Positions 59,283 through 64,000 of a DNA stretch of 64,000 nucleotides are shown one piece after another. Every line of letters starts with the position of its first letter. Within the stretch, counting starts at the first letter, position 1. The position numbers and the translations under genes were made by a program. The notes beneath the pieces were generated by a model, which saw nothing but the letters and a program-made list of their open reading frames with translations, was not told the DNA's origin and searched no databases. Location of the stretch: the NCBI RefSeq assembly GCF_020745735.1, contig NC_083409.1, forward strand, positions 9,165,534 to 9,229,533. The letters are read 5' to 3'. This DNA is from Hemiscyllium ocellatum (taxonomy: Eukaryota).

Positions 59283-60980
59283 ATGCAAGGGGATAGAGGG
59301 TCAAGTGTGAAAGAGGCACTGAAGGTTGTCCTTGTTAGTCAGGAAATGGTCTTGGAGAAGCTGATGCTGTCAAAACTTGATAAGTCCCCAGGGCCTGATG
59401 ATCTGCAACTCAGAATCCTTAAGAAAATGGGTGTAGAAATAATGGACACATTGTTGATCATTTTCCAGAATTCTGTCGACTCTGACAGAGTTCCAATGGT
59501 CTGGACAGTATCCAATGAAACCCCACTTTTTAGTAAAAGGAGGGAGAGTGAAAAGGAGGAATTATACACGAGGAAAATGCTAGAATCAGTTATTAAAGAT
59601 ACAATAACTGAGCATTTGGAAAGTTTTGACAGGATCGGTCCAAGTCAGCATGGATTTACTAAAGGGAAATCAGGCCTGACACATCTCCTGGAAGTTTTTG
59701 AGGATGTGATCAGTAGAGAGTGGACAAGGCTGAATCAGTGGATAACAAAAACAAAAATTGATGAAAAAGTTCAGCAGGTCTGGAAGCATCTGTGGAGACC
59801 AATCGAAGTTAGTGTTTTGAATTGTGTGACCCTACCTCAGAACTCAGTGGACAGTGTGTATATGGACTTTCAAAAGGCTTTTGACAAGGTCCCATAAAAG
59901 AGATTAGTGAGTTACATTAAACCTCATGGTATTGGATGTACTGTATTAACATGGAGAGAGATCTCGTTTGCTGATAGAAAGCAGAGAGTTGGAATAAATG
60001 GGTCCCTTTCAGAGTGGCAGGCAGTGATGAGTCGGGTACCACAGGGTTCAGTGCTGGGACCCCAGCTGTTCACAATATACATAAATGATATGGACAAAGG
60101 AATTGAATGCAATCCCTACAAACTTGCAGATGACATGAAGCTGGGTGGCAATGTATGTTGTGAGGAGGATGCTAAGAGGCTGCAGGGTGACTTGGACAGG
60201 CTGGCTGAGTGGGCATATACTTGGCAAGTGCAACATAATATGGATAAATGTGGGATGATCCACTCTCATGGTAAACAGATTATGAATGAATGGTGGACGT
60301 TTAGGAAAAGGTGAGGTGCAATGAGAGCTGGGTGTCATTGAAAGGGGGCATGCAGGTGCAGCAGGCAGTGAGGAAAGCTAATGGCATGTTGGCCTTCACA
60401 GTGAGAGGATTTGTGTATTGGAGTAAGGATGTCTTGCAGATTTATACAGGGCCTTGGTAAGGTCTCGCCTTGAGTAGTGTGTGCAGTTTTGGTCTCCTAG
60501 TCTGAGGAAGAACATTCTTGCTATTGAGGGAATCCAGCGAAGGTTCACCAGACTGATTCCCGGGATGGCAGGACTGACATATGAGGAAAGACTGGATTGA
60601 CTGGGCTTGTACTCACTGGGATTTAGAAGAATGAGAGGAATCTCACAGAAATATATAAAATCCTAATGGGATTTGACAGGGTCGATGCTGGAAGAATGTT
60701 CCCAACATTAGGAAAGTTCAGAACTAGGGGCCACTGTCTAAGATTAAGGATTAAGTTATTCAGATGTTGTGAACCCGTGGAATTCTCTACCACAGAAAGC
60801 TGATGGGGCCAGTTTGTTAGATATATATCAAGAGGGACGTGGTCCTTGAGGATGAAGGGATTTATGGGTATGGGGGAGAGTGGGAATGGAAAACTGAGAT
60901 GGCATATTGAACGATGGTGCAGGCTCGAAAGGCTGAATAGCCTGTTCCTGCAGCTATTTTCTATGTTTCTATGTTTCTAA
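59283..60980 (+). mobile_element. CR1 RT and 3' end
   Basis: KSPGPDDLQLRIL, QHGFTKGKS, DFQKAFDKVP, VPQGSVLGPQLFTIYINDM, LADD; (CTATGTTT)n tail. Confidence 0.88.
59743..59843 (-). mobile_element. Short Penelope pLTR fragment nested in CR1, with an 8-bp TSD
   Basis: TCAGTGGA at 59735-59742 and 59844-59851; internal CAGCAGGTCTGGAAGCATCTGTGGAG resembles pLTR sequence. Confidence 0.6.
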
Positions 60981-60999
60981 TGATAGATAGATAGATGTG

Positions 61000-62690
61000 G
61001 GAGGAGAAGGTTTACCCTGTTAGGAAGAACTGAAATTACATCGACAGAAAGAGGAAATATTGAGTGGGAATGCATAGAATCTGTGTGAGTCAACTTAAGA
61101 AACCACAAATGAACAAAGCCCCTGATGGGAGTGATGTACCAGCCTCAGCGCAGTCGTCAGGATGTGGGTCAGAAAATAAATCAGGAGATAGAAGAGGCAT
61201 GTAAGAAAGGGATTATAACAATAATCATGGGGACTGCAATATACAGGTGGACTGGGAAAGTCAGGTTGGGAATGGATCTCAAGGAAAGGAATTCATGGAA
61301 TGTCTGCGAGAAGCTTTTTTTTGGAGCAGCTTGTGGTAGAGCCACTAGGAAACAGGTAATTCTGGATTTGTTAATGTGCAATGAGGTATCTCTGATTGGG
61401 GAGCTGAAGGTGAGAGAACCCTGAGGGGGTAGTGACAACGATATGATAGAATTCACCCTGCAGTCTGAGAGGGAGAAACTCGAATTTTATGTAATAAGAG
61501 GAGTTAATGAGCAAGTTAGACAAAGGAGAGCAAATGGTCATGATGTATTTGGATTTCCAGAAGGCCTTTGACCGGTTGCTGCACAGGAGGCTGCTAAATA
61601 ACATAAGAGCCCATGGGGTTTGGGGACTGGTACTGACATGGATAGAGTGTGGAAATAAATGGGTCTTTTGCAGGATGGCAGCTGGTGCCTCATGCAGTTC
61701 AGCAGGAGGCAGTGTTGGGACCTCAGCTATTCATGTAACAATTAATTATATTTTAACGATCTGGGAAAAGGTACTGAGGGCATTGTTCCTAAATTTGCTG
61801 ATAACACAAAGATGAGGGGAGGGACAGGGAGAGTTGAGGAAGCAGGGAGGCTGCAGAAGGACTTGGAAAGGCTCAGAGAATGGGCAAAGGAGTGGCAGAT
61901 GGAATACAATATGGGAATGTGTGAGGTTATGCAACTTGGTTGGAAGAATAGAGGCTTAAACTGTTTCCTAAATGGGGAAATTTGGAATTCTGAAACACAA
62001 AGTGGCTTAGGAGTCATCTTTCAGGTTTCTCTTAGGGATAATATATAGGTTCAGTTGGTAATTAGGAAGACAAATGCAATGTTAGCATTCATTTCAACTG
62101 AGTTAGAATACAAGAACAGGTATGTTCTGCTGAGGCTGTATGAGACTCTGGTCAGACTGCATTTGGAACATTGTGAACAGTTTTGGGACCTGTATCTAAG
62201 GAGGGATGTGCTTGTATTAGAGGAGATCCAGAGGAGGTTTATAAGAATGACCCTGGGGGTGACAGCCTGGTCTGATGAGGAGCGGTTGTGTGCTTGATGG
62301 AGTTCAGAAGGACATGGGGAGACCACATTGACACTTACAGAATACTGAGAGGCCCGGATAGAGTGGGCGGGGAGAAGATGTTTCCACAAGGAAGAGAAAC
62401 ATGGACCAGAGGGCACAGCCACAGAATTAAGGGATAACTCATTAGGACTGAGATGAGGAGGAATTTCTTCTGCCAGAGGGTGGTTAATCTGTGGAACTCA
62501 TTACTGTGGAGGTGAAGGCATTGAGTGTATTGAGGACAGACATTGATCGATTCCTGATTGGAAAGGCGATCAAGCATAATGGGAAGAAGGCAAAAGAATG
62601 GTCTTGAGAAACACATGACCAAACAGCACAGCAGACTTGATGGGGCGAATGGCCTAATTCTGATGTCTTTTGAAGAGACTCTGCAAAACC
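61000..62690 (+). mobile_element. Decayed CR1 ORF2 pieces and 3' end
   Basis: LDLLMCNE, MYLDFQKAFD, KFADNTK, LEHCEQFW. Confidence 0.82.
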
Positions 62691-62789
62691 CCAGATCACT
62701 GAAGCTCTGGATTGTGAGCCCTGCTGGAGCTGTTTGTCATCAGAACTTTGCCAAGAGACAGCCAAAGAGTGGAGAGAGTGTGCATTCTG

Positions 62790-63700
62790 TTTCTTATGGG
62801 AACTTCAGAATGCTTCCCAGCTCCTGGAATACCATGAGAGCAAGAAGTGTGATCAGTGACATCAGTTGGAACTCCGGGTTTCGGAGCTTGAGCAGCAGCT
62901 GGTGTCAGTGCGCAGCGTCCGTGAGGCTGAGCGATCTGCAGAGAGCACATTTCTAGATGTGGTCACTCTGCAGCTTCAGAGTATGCAGGGAGAAAGGGAA
63001 TGGGGGAGCAGCAGACAGTCCAAAAGAACCAGGCAGCTAGTACAGGAATCTCCTGAGGGCATCCCACTCTCCAACAAAAATTCAGTTCAGAATCCTGATG
63101 AGAATGATGGTTCATCTGGGGAATGCAGCCAGAGCTAAGTCCCTGGCACCAAGGTGGGGGGAAGCTGTACAGGAGGGTACAAGGATGACTGGAAGAGCGA
63201 TAGTGAGAGGAGATTTGAGAGTGAGGGCAATCGATAGGTGTTTCTGCAGCTGCAGATGAGAATCCAGGATGGTGTGTTGTCTCCCTGGTGCCAGGGTCAA
63301 GGATGTCACTGAGAGGCTGCAGAGCACCCTGAGGGGAGAGAGGGAACAGGCAGCAGTCGTGGTCCACATCGGTCCCAGTGACAGAGGGAGAAAAGGGATG
63401 TGGTCCTGCAGTCAGAATTTAGGGAGTTTGGGAGGGAATTTGGAACAGAAGCTCAAAAATAGGAATCTTTGGATTACTCCCATGACAAATGCAAGTGAAG
63501 ATAGGAACAGGAAGATAAGACAGGTGTATGTGGGGCTGGAAATGTGGTCCAGGAGGGAGTGCTTTAGATTCTTGGGACTTTGGGAATGACGTGGTGGGAG
63601 ATGCAACCTCTATAGACCGGATGGGTTGCTCCTGAACAGAGCAGGAATTGAGCTCCTCGTGGGGTGATTTGCTGGTGCTGTTGGAGAGGGTTTAAATTAA
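62790..63700 (+). mobile_element. CR1 ORF1 remnant with SGNH esterase
   Basis: ELRVSELEQQLVSVR; VCCLPGARVKDVTERLQSTLRGEREQAAVVVHIGPSD. Confidence 0.8.
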
Positions 63701-64000
63701 TATTGAAGGGCCGTGGGAACCAGGAGGGTAATATCAGGAAGGAACACCAAGGAACGCAGAACCCTGGAAAAAATTGTTCACATCAGAGTAAGGAGTAGTA
63801 ACTTCTTAGGTAGGGTCAGAGTGAGGGAGAGCCAACAATAAATTCTAAATCTGGCTGGCTGTGCATGTATGGGACTGCAAGGAGTGTGGGGAATAAGACT
63901 GGGGAGTTACAGACACAGATTATCAAGTGGAAATCTGATGCTGTTGCTCTCACAGATGAGGCTCAAATAAAGAGAGGACGGGTTGTTAAATATTCCTGGA

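Larger units (their letters stand above)
56650..63780 (+). other. Segmental duplicate block B (IgL C3 and upstream intron)
   Basis: Colinear with 14230-22950 (see block A). Confidence 0.85.

Noticed and set aside
15500-64000. Numerous 60-130 aa ORFs in the track
   Set aside because: They map to decayed CR1/SINE/Penelope sequence or their antisense strands; none supports a host gene other than the Ig C exons.

Overview
Eukaryotic DNA from a cartilaginous fish, probably a carpet/bamboo-type shark (inferred from HE1/V-SINEs, DeuSINEs, dense CR1 LINEs and a shark immunoglobulin light-chain C exon). (1) 1-14.2 kb: two head-to-tail copies (~7.43 kb period) of a Tx1-clade non-LTR retrotransposon. 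Copy 1 has an intact ORF2 (APE-RT-Zn finger) and copy 2 has a frameshifted ORF2. Both are embedded in a ~230-350 bp repeat with two conserved hairpins, and each copy's own 3' end carries a copy of that repeat. (2) Three paralogous Ig light-chain constant exons, most like type I/NS5 (sigma-cart): C1 14786-15114 (-, open but degenerate), C2 33930-34257 (+, frameshifted) and C3 57207-57535 (-, intact). No V, J or RSS was recognisable in the window. C1 and C3 lie in ~42-kb-spaced direct segmental duplicates, and C2 is a short inverted duplicate. The Tx1 array ends at the C1 poly(A) site. (3) The rest is mostly decayed CR1 LINEs, SINEs and Penelope-like elements; several of the latter carry minimal hammerhead ribozyme motifs, and two form foldbacks. 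One assembly gap (196 N, 25431-25626). Best candidate for an undescribed system: the Tx1 family plus its hairpin-bearing target-mimic repeat. Boundaries of old repeats are approximate and by eye; no searches were run.
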